Shown in pieces: positions 48,473 to 58,911 of a DNA stretch of 64,000 nt (position 1 is the first letter of the stretch; the number at the start of each line of letters is the position of its first letter). Below the pieces are notes generated by a model. It was given only the letters and a program-made list of their open reading frames with translations. It made no database searches and was not told where the DNA came from. The translations under genes were made by a program, and so were the position numbers. The stretch comes from an uncultured delta proteobacterium (GTDB taxonomy: Bacteria > Myxococcota_A > Polyangia > Polyangiales > Polyangiaceae). The stretch lies in assembly GCA_963696385.1 (NCBI GenBank), contig CAVOKF010000005.1, forward strand, positions 1,465,290 to 1,529,289, given 5' to 3'.

Positions 48473-49198
48473 ATGATCAAGAACGCCACGCTAACGCGAG
48501 TGCTCGGTTGCCTCGCAGTCGCCGGATGCGGAACAAGCGCCGGCTTCCTACGCGACGCCACCACGGTGAATCAGCACCAATACCGGCAAGAGGTCGGTGC
48601 CGTCCGCTTCATGCGAACCGCGGCTGGGTCCGCGTCGACGGGCGCGCTCCTTTGCGTGATTCCCGTGAGCGGCGGCCAGGCACCGTACAAAGAGGCCATG
48701 GACGTACTTCACAAGAACGCGTCACTCAATACGAACGAGGTACTTGAAAACCTGCGCGAAGACCACACGATTACTTCGTATCTGGGCTTCTACTGCACCT
48801 TCGTGCTCACGATCAGTGCGGACGTGATCGAGTTGATTCCGCCGGGGACCGCCAATGCGGCTTCCGATTCCCGCGCACTGCCGACTCAGCCACAGAAGGA
48901 GCTCAGCGACCTGCGCAAGCCGGCACCGACGTCGCCCGTGTGCGAGCTCGCGTATCAGCAGCTTGGCCCCTTCATCCGACCGTTTCGGTCTCTCTACCCC
49001 AATGTCACGTTCTTGGAGCCGCCTCCTCCCCGGGCCACGTTCGTCACGGCGTGCGCACAACAGCCGGAGGACGTCCAACGATGTCTCCAGGCGGCGTATC
49101 TGACTGCAAACACGGATGGGTGCAAAGACGCGTTCAGTCAGCTCGCATCCAAGGACCGGCAGCGATTGTTCTCGGTATTTCTCAGCGATTACGAATAG
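48473..49198 (+). CDS. Hypothetical lipoprotein
   Basis: MIKNATLTRVLGCLAVAGC lipobox; Cys-containing C-terminal helical domain. Confidence 0.65.
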   Translation: MIKNATLTRVLGCLAVAGCGTSAGFLRDATTVNQHQYRQEVGAVRFMRTAAGSASTGALLCVIPVSGGQAPYKEAMDVLHKNASLNTNEVLENLREDHTITSYLGFYCTFVLTISADVIELIPPGTANAASDSRALPTQPQKELSDLRKPAPTSPVCELAYQQLGPFIRPFRSLYPNVTFLEPPPPRATFVTACAQQPEDVQRCLQAAYLTANTDGCKDAFSQLASKDRQRLFSVFLSDYE

Positions 49199-49321
49199 GC
49201 TGCGATAGGTCGATGCCGACGGGCTTCGCGCACGCGCGGCGACCCTCGGAAGGGTGCACTTGTTCGAGCGGCGATTTGAACGCAGTGCGACCGAGTCTGC
49301 CGCGCACCCAAGCGTCGGACT

Positions 49322-50089
49322 TCAGCCGCCCTCCGCTCGCGTCAAGCCCCCCTGAATCTCGTACATGCAACCCAAGCGATCGGTAAACGTCTCTACGATT
49401 CCGAGCAATCCCATCGAAGGCGAAACGCGCACCGACGTGAACGTCCAGTCGATGCCCGTGTTGCCACCCAGAGCACAAGTCTGGGGCTCGAACACGAGAG
49501 TCGCGACACCCGCATCGACGACCAAGGCGAGCGAGCACCCCTCGCCGGCGTCGAACAAGAGGTCCACTTCACCCGCGTCCGTCGGCCCAGGCCCGGCGCG
49601 GAACGTGACCGTCACCGACGGCGGATTCGCCGAAGCATCACCAGAGAGTCCGGCCGCGTCGGGACAGTCGAACGTCTCCATTTCCATGAGCGTCCACGTC
49701 CCGAGAAACGAACCAGCGCCACTGGCATCGGACGCGATCGGACCGCCATCACCCGAATCCCCAGCGTCCGCCGCACCATCGGCAGCCGAGGTCTCCACGA
49801 AACCATCGGCGGCATCGGCGATCCCGCAGCCTGCCCCGCACGAATCCGCGGTCGCATCGCCCGCGGCCACGTCGAAGCCGCCGTCCCCATTCGCCGCATC
49901 AGCCAGGGTCAAACACGTCCCGCCTTCTGCGCAGCCGTCCATCGCCGCCGCGTCGGTGCTCCCACCGAAGCCGTCTCCCAGGCACGTGGCGCTATCGTGG
50001 CACGAGTCGTCGACCACGCAGCTCGACGCGAAGGCGACCGCGGAGCATGCGGCCACGCCCGCCACGATCCAAGGGACCCCGCGATTCAT
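49322..50089 (-). CDS. Hypothetical Cys/acidic low-complexity lipoprotein
   Basis: Hydrophobic N-terminus with ASSC; D/A/G-rich linker. Confidence 0.65.
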   Translation of the reverse strand: MNRGVPWIVAGVAACSAVAFASSCVVDDSCHDSATCLGDGFGGSTDAAAMDGCAEGGTCLTLADAANGDGGFDVAAGDATADSCGAGCGIADAADGFVETSAADGAADAGDSGDGGPIASDASGAGSFLGTWTLMEMETFDCPDAAGLSGDASANPPSVTVTFRAGPGPTDAGEVDLLFDAGEGCSLALVVDAGVATLVFEPQTCALGGNTGIDWTFTSVRVSPSMGLLGIVETFTDRLGCMYEIQGGLTRAEGG

Positions 50090-50315
50090 GTCCCAACCGC
50101 GGCGAGCTCTCGCGTAGCGCGCAGCCCCAGGCGGCGCCGCTCGACGTCACCGGTCCGGTACCCGGCGCAACGCGGCGGCCCGCGCCCCATCGTGGACCCC
50201 GCCGCGACCCGCGGGCGCGCCCGAGTCCCTGCGCCGGGCCGCGGTCGCGAGACGCACCCCGCCAACGCATCGCTCGCGTCGGGGTCCTCCCCGAAGCAAC
50301 GGTAAGGCCCGGACG

Positions 50316-51661
50316 TCACTGCGACTCCGATCCCTCTCGGCCGCCCGTGACGTCCTCGTCGTCCTCGGCGACCAAGCCGTAAGCGCGCACGGCCGCACGC
50401 ACCGTGGGCCGTTGGCGGCCGCTCGCTTTGGCCATCTTCTTCAGGCTCCCGCGGCACGCGGCGTAGAGTGCCGTGTAGTAGCGCCGCTCGAAATCCTGCT
50501 TGGCGGCCTCGTACGATCCGGCTCCGCCATCCACGGGCTCCTTCAGGCGACCGGCAGGCACGGCAGGACCGAACACGAGCGGACCGTCCGTCCATCCCAC
50601 GAGCGCGACCTCGACCAGATTGCGGAGCTCCCGCACGTTGCCGGGCCATTCGCGGGTCCGGAGCATCTCCAGACTCGCGTCGTCGACGGGGGCGTCGGGG
50701 CGTCCGAGGTCTTTGAGAATGTCTTGGATCAGGAGGCCGAGGTCATCCAACCGATTGCGGAGCGGGGGCAGTTCCACGGTCGTTTTGACGAATCGAAAGT
50801 ACAGATCTTCGCGGAACCGCCCCTGGTTCAGGGCGCGACTCAGGTCGGTGTGCGACGCGAAGAGGCTGCGGACGTCCACTTTGCGCGGTTGATCGCTTCC
50901 GACCGGCCGCACCTCTCGGTTGTCGAGCGCGCGCAGGAGCTTGACCTGCATGGCCAGACTCATCTCGGCCACTTCGTCGAAGAAAAGCGTTCCGCCGTGG
51001 GCCTCGACAAAGAGCCCTTTGCGATCGGTTTCGGCTCCGGTGAACGCCCCGCGGACGTGACCGAAGAGCTCCGATTCGAGGAGCTGCTCGGCCATGGCGG
51101 CGCAGTTGATGGCCAGAAAGGGCTTGGATCGGCGGGGGCTTGCGTCGTGGATCGCTTGGCGACGCGCTCCTTGCCCGTGCCGGTCTCGCCCCGGATCACG
51201 ATCGACACGGAGCTCGGAGCGAGGCGGCGCAAGGTGGCGAAGAGGTGGAGCATTTCGGGAGTCGTGCCGATGAGGTCCCCGAAGCGGTGATCCGGGTCGA
51301 GCACGATTTGCTGGGGCGTTTCGGGCACGAAGCGAAGCCGCTGGGCGCCGCATCGAAAGTCGCAGGGGGCGGTCAGATGCATGTCGGTGACCGCGAGATT
51401 GCCGATGAACGTGCCGTTGCGTGACGACAGGTCGACCAGTCGCACGCCCTTGGGGGTCGCCTGCACCTCGGCGTGCACGGTGCTGACGGTCTTGTCCTCG
51501 AGCACGAGCGCGCAGGAGCGGGCGCGCCCGATCGTGAGCCGTTCGATGCCGACCTGCAGGCGGGTGTCCTGGCCCACCACCTCGATGCGGCCGCCGCGGA
51601 TCGCAACGGACTTCGTGCCCTCGGTGAACGTGGTGCTCTCGTGGTCCTGGGTGCGGGTCAT
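50316..51661 (-). pseudogene. FHA-domain sigma-54 enhancer-binding protein, single frameshift near 51159
   Basis: FHA (IGRARSC..VSTVHA..SRNGTF), GETGTGKE, ESELFGHVRGAFTGA, FFDEV, GRFREDLY, WPGNVREL; one base missing after KERVA. Confidence 0.88.
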
Positions 51662-51746
51662 TGCTCTTTCCACCTTTCCACTTCGCCGGGGTGTCGACCG
51701 TGGCCTCCCACCGTGTTGCTGTTCAGCGTTTTCCGGGTCGAGCGCG

Positions 51747-53207
51747 TTACCAGACTCCCTGGATCGCGGCGCCGGCGGTCCGATCGCCGACGAGCGGCAC
51801 GGGGCGCACGGCGTCCGCCGCGCGTCCTTGGATCGCCGGCCCCACGAACCAACTGACCACTCCGAGTACCGCAAGACCGCCGGCCGCTGCGAAAAGGGTA
51901 TTGGCGACGGCCCCGTTCAAGCGCTCGGCGTTGCGGTTCGCATCGAGCGCCCCACACTGGGCGGCGGGCATGGGCGGCAGACATCCCGACGGGCCCACGT
52001 CCCGGGCCAGGCCTTGGGCGTCCGACTTGTGGTGCTCGAACCCCACACCGAAGCCGATCGCCACGGCGGTGGCCGTCGCCGCGGCGGCTTCGAGCCAGAC
52101 AACCGGGATCCAACGGCCGCGCGATCGTCCGGTTCCGGTCGCATCGGCCCGGGCTCGTGGGGTGCCGTTCAGGCGTGCGATCTCGGCCTCGGCACGAGGC
52201 AACCATTCGTTCCGAACGATGTCGACCGTGTCCGGCGACGCGTCGCTTCGGCTCAGGTATTGCCGGAAGTGCTGGGCCGCTTCCACGGGATGACCGGCGT
52301 TGCTCTCGGCACCAGCGAGGTGCAGCAGTGTCTTGGTTTGCGGATCGATTTCAAACGCCTGCGCCAAGACTTGGCGGGCCGACTCGTAGTGCCCCTGCTC
52401 GAACAGGGCGGCGCCGTCCGCGGCCAAGGCCGCCGCGCAATCCGCGGGCGTCTCGTTGGCGGGGGAGGCCGCCGCCGGCGGATCGGCCCACGCCCGCGAC
52501 GGGCCGGCCAGGGGCCCGATGAGGATCGCCCCCGTCGCCAACAACCGTCGCATGAGGATCCGTCGCAGCACCCGCCCTGCTCCCTCCGAAGATGAATTCG
52601 CGTTGCCTCGGTCTCTCCGGACCATCCGTGAGAATCGGGGTCGATCGCCCTGCGCGCCGACCCCAGTCGGACCCTCGCGCAGGGCGTGATTCTGGGAATC
52701 CGCGATCACGACACTGGGCAGCTCGGGCTCGGGCTCACGGGCGGGCACGGGGAATGCGGTGCCGCTGTACCGCACGAAGTTGCCGCCGTCCGAGCACCTT
52801 CGGACGGGCAGGGGGTGCGAGGGGCGATCTCGGCCGACACTCTGCAGGAGGCGACGGATCTCCTCGCCGATCGGACCCTTCGTGCCGTCACGCACCGCGT
52901 GAGGTCCGACCGAGCGTTGTCCCTCCGGCGTCGGATGCGACTGCAGCTTCCGCGCGGCGAGGGCGACGCCAGCGCGGTTGTCGTGCTCGCGGCGCTCCGC
53001 GGGCTGCACCCGCCGCGGCCCCTCTTCGACGGGAGGGCCGCACGGCTCGGTGTCGTCGCTCGCTGGGGAGCGACGGGGTCTCCGCGCGGCGTCCGCGGCC
53101 CATATGCGGTCGTCGTCCTCGCGACGATCCATAGGCCGCACCGCCCACGGCTCCTGCTCGACAGGAGGTCCGCACGGCTCGGTGTCGTTCGGTCCACGGG
53201 CGATCAT
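51747..53207 (-). CDS. TPR-containing membrane protein with repeated disordered N-terminal extension
   Basis: TPR helices GAALFEQGHYESAR..; ATG overlaps kinase stop; alternative start 52553 (MRRLLATG); DTEPCGPPVE occurs twice. Confidence 0.7.
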   Translation of the reverse strand: MIARGPNDTEPCGPPVEQEPWAVRPMDRREDDDRIWAADAARRPRRSPASDDTEPCGPPVEEGPRRVQPAERREHDNRAGVALAARKLQSHPTPEGQRSVGPHAVRDGTKGPIGEEIRRLLQSVGRDRPSHPLPVRRCSDGGNFVRYSGTAFPVPAREPEPELPSVVIADSQNHALREGPTGVGAQGDRPRFSRMVRRDRGNANSSSEGAGRVLRRILMRRLLATGAILIGPLAGPSRAWADPPAAASPANETPADCAAALAADGAALFEQGHYESARQVLAQAFEIDPQTKTLLHLAGAESNAGHPVEAAQHFRQYLSRSDASPDTVDIVRNEWLPRAEAEIARLNGTPRARADATGTGRSRGRWIPVVWLEAAAATATAVAIGFGVGFEHHKSDAQGLARDVGPSGCLPPMPAAQCGALDANRNAERLNGAVANTLFAAAGGLAVLGVVSWFVGPAIQGRAADAVRPVPLVGDRTAGAAIQGVW

Positions 53208-55267
53208 GGCGCTTTCGTTCCGGCGGGGGATTCGGGCACCGGCTTCGGCAACTCTTTGATGCCAAAGAAGTAGTCGTCCAAGTTGGCGGGCGCGGGCAGG
53301 GAAGCCGTGGGTTTGGGACGCGGCGGAACGGCCGGTCGAGCCGAGGCGATCGCGCGGGGGGGCCCGGGGCGGACGCGCGTTCCCCCGGCCGCGCGGGCGT
53401 CTGCCGATGCGTTTTGTGGAGGGGGGCCGGCAAGGATGATTTCGTCGATCGTGGGTCGTAAGGCCGGCGTTCGACCGGCTCGGAGATCCGCGATCACCGT
53501 GGGGCGAGGGGCAGCGCCGTTCTCGCGTTCCACGGCAAAGGCGACCCCCGGCGGGGCGATCGCACTCCCGGTCGCGGTTTCCGGAGGGGGTCCGGCCAAT
53601 ATGAGCTCGTCGATGGTCGGTCGTGCGGAGGTCGATCGAGCGGCAGTCGGTTCCGGAGGCGGCGCGGGTGGCGGCATGGAGTCCGGCACCGCCATGGAAA
53701 CATCGTCGCGGTGAGAGGGCTTGGCTGGCGGTGCGCTGGCTTGGCTCGCCTGGACGGACGGTCGCGGCGCGGGGATCGCACGGGCTGGCCCAGACGCGAG
53801 GGCGGGCGTCGTCGAACTCCGTGCCCCCGTATCCACCGTATCCGCGGCCGCCGTTTCCGCTGGCTTTGGGTCAGGCGGAGCTTGGGAAGCCGCCGCGCGA
53901 TCCACCGCGGCAGCCCACGCCATCACGAGAGCCGACGGCGGTGCGGCGGCCGATGCGGGTTCGAAAACCGGGGCGGCATGCCGGGCTTTCCACCCGCCCC
54001 AGGTGGTGGCGATCGCAATCGCGCCGGTGCCGATCAGGACGGCAGCTGGCCCGATGCGGCCCCGCCGATAGCCCCGATGTGCCGGCACGCCCGTCCTCGG
54101 GAGATCGACCCGCACAACGGCGGGCTCGGACGGGGGCGAATCACCGGCGGGCACGGCAACGCCGTCCTCGGCATGTTCGGGGCTCGGTTCCTCGGGACCG
54201 GCGGCGGAGCCGGGCTCGGGGCCGGGCAGGGTGACCGTCGTGCTCGTGGCTTCGAACGGACGCACAACGTCGGTGAGACCGATGCGCGCAACGTCCATCC
54301 ATTCTTGGGGCAAGGAGTCCGCGGGCTTCCCTGCCAAGGGCTGCGCGATCGGTGGGGTCGGCAGATCCATTCGGATCTTCGGCGAGGCCTCTTCGAGGGC
54401 CGCGAGCTCGAAGAGCCCTTCGTAAAAGTCGCCCATGCTCCGCTGCCGGTCCTGGGGGTTCTTCGAGAGCGCTCGGAGTAGACACGCATCGACGCGTTGG
54501 GGGATCCAGCGCTTCCAGCAGGACGGCGCCATGGGTTCCTTGTGCCGATGCGCTTCGATCACCGCGTCCTCGCACTCCTCGTCGACCGGCCACGGCAAGT
54601 GTTGCGTCAGAATTTCGTAGACCAGGACGGCGACGGCGTAGAGATCGACCTGGGGGGTGACCGGCTCGTGACGCCACACCTCGGGCGCCATGTAGCGCGG
54701 CGTTCCGGCGATTTCGTGAGGGGTGCGGGCGGTGTCGATCACCTTGGCCACGCCGAAGTCGAGCAATTTGACTTGGGCATCGGCGTGGGAAGGGCCGTGC
54801 AGAAACACGTTTTCCGGTTTGACGTCCCGATGCACCACAGGCGGATCGTCGCGATGGGCATGGCCTAGGCCGGCGCAGATCTGGCCGGCGATCTTCCAGA
54901 CGACCTGCGCCGTCAGGGGGGTGTGCCGGTCGCGGATCACGGCTCGAAGGGTCCGGCCGGCGAGCAGTTCCATCACGAAGAACGGGGACCCGTTCGCGAG
55001 CACGCCGCAGTCGCGGACCTCCACGATGTTCGGGTGGCGCAGGCGCGACAGCACGTCGACTTCGCCTGCGAACCCCCGTTCGAACGTGGCACTCTGCGCG
55101 ACCGCCGGGTGCAGGACCTTCATGGCGGCGCGCATGTGGTAACCCTTGCGCACCTCGAGGACGATCCCCATGCCGCCCTCGCCCAGGACGCCATGCATCA
55201 CCCAGTCGGTGCCCGGCACCCGCTCGCCCACGCGAAAATCGGTCGAATGTGCCGACTTCATGACCAC
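53204..55267 (-). CDS. Hanks-type Ser/Thr protein kinase with TM and Pro/Ala-rich tail
   Basis: LGEGGMG, AAMK, HRDVKPEN, DFG, GTPRYMAPE; RPTIDE(L/I)ILAGPPP twice. Confidence 0.92.
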   Translation of the reverse strand: MVMKSAHSTDFRVGERVPGTDWVMHGVLGEGGMGIVLEVRKGYHMRAAMKVLHPAVAQSATFERGFAGEVDVLSRLRHPNIVEVRDCGVLANGSPFFVMELLAGRTLRAVIRDRHTPLTAQVVWKIAGQICAGLGHAHRDDPPVVHRDVKPENVFLHGPSHADAQVKLLDFGVAKVIDTARTPHEIAGTPRYMAPEVWRHEPVTPQVDLYAVAVLVYEILTQHLPWPVDEECEDAVIEAHRHKEPMAPSCWKRWIPQRVDACLLRALSKNPQDRQRSMGDFYEGLFELAALEEASPKIRMDLPTPPIAQPLAGKPADSLPQEWMDVARIGLTDVVRPFEATSTTVTLPGPEPGSAAGPEEPSPEHAEDGVAVPAGDSPPSEPAVVRVDLPRTGVPAHRGYRRGRIGPAAVLIGTGAIAIATTWGGWKARHAAPVFEPASAAAPPSALVMAWAAAVDRAAASQAPPDPKPAETAAADTVDTGARSSTTPALASGPARAIPAPRPSVQASQASAPPAKPSHRDDVSMAVPDSMPPPAPPPEPTAARSTSARPTIDELILAGPPPETATGSAIAPPGVAFAVERENGAAPRPTVIADLRAGRTPALRPTIDEIILAGPPPQNASADARAAGGTRVRPGPPRAIASARPAVPPRPKPTASLPAPANLDDYFFGIKELPKPVPESPAGTKAP

Positions 55268-55475
55268 TCCCTCGAAACCGGCTGGGTCACCGTCTCCCGT
55301 TGGTCAGGAACGGTGCCGACATGCTCTCACATTGCTTCCCGGGTGGGGGAGCGATTTCGTCGGGGGGGACGCTCATCCCATGGTTATGGACGAGGTCGTT
55401 TGCAAAGCCCTCTCGTCCTGCTCGCACCCGCGAGTGCGTGGCGGGTCGCGCTGTACCTCGGAGCGGGCGGGCCGA

Positions 55476-56183
55476 TCAGGGAGGGAGGCATATCGAAGAG
55501 ACATCGTTGGTGACGCAGCATTCCCAAACGCCATTGAGTGACTCGCAGATCTCCGGGCCGTTGCACCAACGGCTATGCCCAGGCACTGCCGCTGCGTCTG
55601 TGGAGCCGGAGTCGAGGAAACCCGCATCGGCGATGCAGAGAACGGTGAAATCCGGCGGACCGGAGACCATCGTCTGGGGCGCGTCCGGGGCCGCGTCCGG
55701 CGCCGCAAGGCAAGCACTTCCCGCGACACATTGTCCCTGCCGGCAGCACGGCGCGAACTCCGCCGGGCAGTTGCAGGGCAACTCCTGCACGGCGCCTGAG
55801 CCAAGGGGCGTTTTGGCGACATCCGCATTGAACTGCGCGAGGGCCGTCGCGCTAATGGCGGACCCGCCGCACAAGCATCCGGCAACGCAATAGTCACCCG
55901 CAGAAATCATGCTGCAGTCGGTGTCGACCCCACAGGATTGATCGTAGTTGGACGCGACGATCGTGCAGGCCGAAGCGTCGAACCCCGCGCCGACCCCGGC
56001 ATCGACTGCGGAGCTTCCGGAAGCGGTCTCGGTGCCTGTGCTTTGGGAGCTGCTCGTGCTGAGGGACGTTGAGGCAGACTCCGTTGAGCGTGCGGTGCTC
56101 CCGGTGGTGTTGCCGCCGCACGCCACGAACGCCACAACCATCGAGAGCGCTCTGACCCGTCCTTCGATGCGCCACGACGGCAT
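55476..56183 (-). CDS. Cys-rich hypothetical lipoprotein
   Basis: FVACGG lipobox; Ser/Thr linker; many cysteines; start uncertain. Confidence 0.65.
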   Translation of the reverse strand: MPSWRIEGRVRALSMVVAFVACGGNTTGSTARSTESASTSLSTSSSQSTGTETASGSSAVDAGVGAGFDASACTIVASNYDQSCGVDTDCSMISAGDYCVAGCLCGGSAISATALAQFNADVAKTPLGSGAVQELPCNCPAEFAPCCRQGQCVAGSACLAAPDAAPDAPQTMVSGPPDFTVLCIADAGFLDSGSTDAAAVPGHSRWCNGPEICESLNGVWECCVTNDVSSICLPP

Positions 56184-56418
56184 CGGCCCGCTTGAAGTAT
56201 CGGCCGCGTCTGTCCAGATCCTGAGGATCATCAGCACGGCACGGGACCGCTGACGGCAAACGCCATGCGGATCCAGCCCCTGAGTCTCGCAGGCCTTCAT
56301 ACGACTAATGTGCGGCATTGGGGCTGATCGCGTTCGGACTTTCCACGTTTCAACGTGCCGCAACTTCATCGGCGAAGCGATCGGTGGCCGCGGGGCCCGC
56401 GAATCGAGGAGACTCGAT

Positions 56419-56592
56419 CTCCGTGGCGTCACGGAGACCTTCTTCGCCGTCGAGGTCGAGGACATGCAGCGGGCCATCGCGTTTTACGTCAGCGCGCTCG
56501 GCGCCACGGTGATGTTCTCGTCGGCGGGTTGGTCATCGCTGCGTATCGCGGGCGTGCGCGTCGGCCTCGCTCTGAGTTCCGAGCCGTCGTAA
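56419..56592 (+). pseudogene. Truncated VOC/glyoxalase fragment
   Basis: VEVEDMQRAIAFYVSALG motif; stops after about half a domain. Confidence 0.6.
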
Positions 56593-56602
56593 CGCGTCCA
56601 CA

Positions 56603-57166
56603 GTGGTGCGGGAGCAGGGTGCTACCGTGTCGCACGTGGGCGGCGTCGTCGTCAGAAGAATCCGGCCCGACGATGCGCTGGCAGTGCGCGACATCCGACT
56701 CCGGGCCCTCGCTTCCGATCCACTCGCGTTTGGCTCGACGTTCGCCGCTGAGGTTCTGCGCTCCGAGGCGGTCTGGATCGAGCGAGCAGAACGACAGGCG
56801 GCTGGGTCCGATCGCACCATGCTGCTCGCACTTCGCGACGACGTTATCGTCGGCGTCATTAGAGCCGACCGCGACACGGATCGCGAAGACGTCTTCGGGG
56901 TCTACGGGGTGTGGGTTGCACCGGAAGAACGGCGAGCCGGCATTGGTGCGCGTCTCCTCACGGCGATTGAGAAATGGATACTCGGCAGCGGCGGGCGGAT
57001 GGCGCAGCTCTTCGTCTCGGATCAAGCGCCGAGCGCACGCCGTCTCTACGAGCGTGCCGGCTATCTCCCCGATGGTCGCACCGAACCCTCACCGCACGCG
57101 GGCGTGACCGAACACGGAATGAGCAAAGCGCTCGCAGTTGCCCAGGGCCATGTCCCGACTTCATGA
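56603..57166 (+). CDS. GNAT N-acetyltransferase
   Basis: VWVAPEERRAGIG, ARRLYERAGY. Confidence 0.88.
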   Translation: MVREQGATVSHVGGVVVRRIRPDDALAVRDIRLRALASDPLAFGSTFAAEVLRSEAVWIERAERQAAGSDRTMLLALRDDVIVGVIRADRDTDREDVFGVYGVWVAPEERRAGIGARLLTAIEKWILGSGGRMAQLFVSDQAPSARRLYERAGYLPDGRTEPSPHAGVTEHGMSKALAVAQGHVPTS

Positions 57167-57451
57167 CCACTCCCTCGAAACCGGTGGGGCCACCGTCTCC
57201 CGTTTGGCGGGAACGCTCCCAGTGATGGGGCGCGATTTCGTGGGTGGATGCTCGTCACATAGTTTTATGGACGAGGTTCAAAAGGGCCGTTGGCGGTCCT
57301 CAGCGAAGCTTCATGCGACGTCAGCGACCTCGTAAAGCATTAACAGGCCCGAGACAGCCCGCACACCATTTCTTCATTATTCGCGCGGGCCGCGCGCGCG
57401 CTTGAATCGATCGGCACCGAGCTACTACGACAGCCGCATCAAGGAGCCGCC

Positions 57452-57712
57452 ATGACCACCCATTCGAAGAAAAACGCACTCACTCGAGAGACCCTCCTCG
57501 CGCTCCTCACCGACGCCGAGGTGGCGAAAGTCAGTATGGCCGAGGATGCACCGCGTCTCATCGAGGGCGACGAGTACGTCGACCTGGCGGACCCCGCCGC
57601 GGGTGTGCAGCAGGTGCAGGCGACGCCGCGAACTCCGCCGGGCGACGCCCTTCCGCGGAGCGCCGTATCGGACGCGACCTGGACGAAGATCGTTCGGGCC
57701 GTGGCGAGCTGA
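57452..57712 (+). CDS. Conserved small hypothetical protein
   Basis: AAGGAG RBS; paralog at 25106-25366. Confidence 0.75.
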   Translation: MTTHSKKNALTRETLLALLTDAEVAKVSMAEDAPRLIEGDEYVDLADPAAGVQQVQATPRTPPGDALPRSAVSDATWTKIVRAVAS

Positions 57713-57902
57713 AGGTCGGGCGCCCTCCCGACCGCGTCACCGTGCATGCAGTTCGTGACGTCACCGGGACACGCCATGTGCACCGTTTGCAAATGCCCAT
57801 CGGCATCCGCGATGCGTCCCGAAGGTCTGCGCTTCAGCGCTCCGCCGTGTCGGGACCGGACGGACGAACGACTCCGGCAGAAACGCGCTCCGCGTGAAGT
57901 GG

Positions 57903-58367
57903 TTAGGGGGTAGACGACGTCGGCGCGCGGATGGCGCTCACAGTCGACAACGCGGGCGCTCGTGGCGAATGCGATGCGCTTGCGGACGGAATGGATGCAT
58001 CACGACCCGGTGCCTCACGACCCGACGACCCGGACGTGCTGTCCGGCGCGACGTTCACGGGGCTTTGCACGTTCGCGTGGACGGGCTCGACCCGCCGGCG
58101 TCTGCCGCGTGAGGCCTTGGCCGCGTCGCTCTTGAAGTGACTGAGATGGTTACGCAGCGTTGACGGAGTCACGTGCAGTCCCTTCTCGGCGAGCATCGCC
58201 GCGATGTCGCTCCACTCGTAACCCTTCGATCGCATCGCATAGAGATCGGACGCCATCATCTCGATGGCTTTCCCGTATCGGACTCTCGTCTCCGCTCGGG
58301 GTAGGGCTTTTCGGAAACGCTCTTGCAGCTCGGCGACATCCGATACGTCGATAGTCTTGGCATCCAT
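57903..58367 (-). CDS. MobC/StbA-like mobilisation accessory protein
   Basis: MRSKGYEWSDIAAMLAEKGLHVTPSTLRNHL HTH-like pattern; AAAGGAG RBS; divergent from relaxase. Confidence 0.55.
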   Translation of the reverse strand: MDAKTIDVSDVAELQERFRKALPRAETRVRYGKAIEMMASDLYAMRSKGYEWSDIAAMLAEKGLHVTPSTLRNHLSHFKSDAAKASRGRRRRVEPVHANVQSPVNVAPDSTSGSSGREAPGRDASIPSASASHSPRAPALSTVSAIRAPTSSTP

Positions 58368-58759
58368 GCGGTGACCGTCTCCTTTCTCGTGGCGCGGACG
58401 TTCACGCGTCACCCGTTCGCGCGCAGTCGCGCGGCCAGGGACACGATGGCTCAGGCGTGTGCGTCGACGGAGAGTGCGATGCGCGCGAGGAGCGCGCCGC
58501 TCTGTCCCTACTGGTAATATGCGCAGGTCATGTCGTCAATGGCGTCCACGTCATCTGCGATGATCGCACCCATCGATCGCGCGAGGCATCAACCGAATGC
58601 TGCTTGTTCCTACCGATTGTGTTCGAGCGCTTTGCATGACGCATGGGTGATGCGCACGGTGAATCCACGGCGCATGCATCGGTGATGGGGATGAGCGCGC
58701 ACCACCAACGCAGCGATGACGAGAGTCGTGAAAATGCCGAACAGGGGTGAGGCGAAACC

Positions 58760-58911
58760 CGGAGCAAAGCGGAGGGCAAGATAAAGGATTGGATCCACGC
58801 GTGAGTTAAGATGGCAGAATTATTTAGGAAAGTATGGATCCACGGGCATAGGGCGTGGATCCACGACATCGATAACCTATTGACCGCATTAGCGAAAACG
58901 TAGATCCACTC
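58760..58911. promoter_or_regulatory. Candidate oriT/operator region with four (T/A)GATCCAC-core boxes
   Basis: TGGATCCACG at 58790 and 58835, palindrome CGTGGATCCACG at 58854-58865, TAGATCCAC at 58901; AT-richer; between MobC-like and relaxase genes. Confidence 0.5.

Larger units (their letters stand above)
55247..57277. repeat. Imperfect direct repeat of kinase start/upstream region flanking three cargo genes
   Basis: CCGACTTCATGACCACTCCCTCGAAACCGG..CACCGTCTCCCGTT..GCGATTTCGT..TTATGGACGAGGT at ~55247-55396 and ~57150-57277. Confidence 0.85.

Noticed and set aside
51150..51165. Biologically meaningful split of the sigma-54 activator
   Set aside because: Single missing base in a short C run; cannot be told apart from a long-read error without reads
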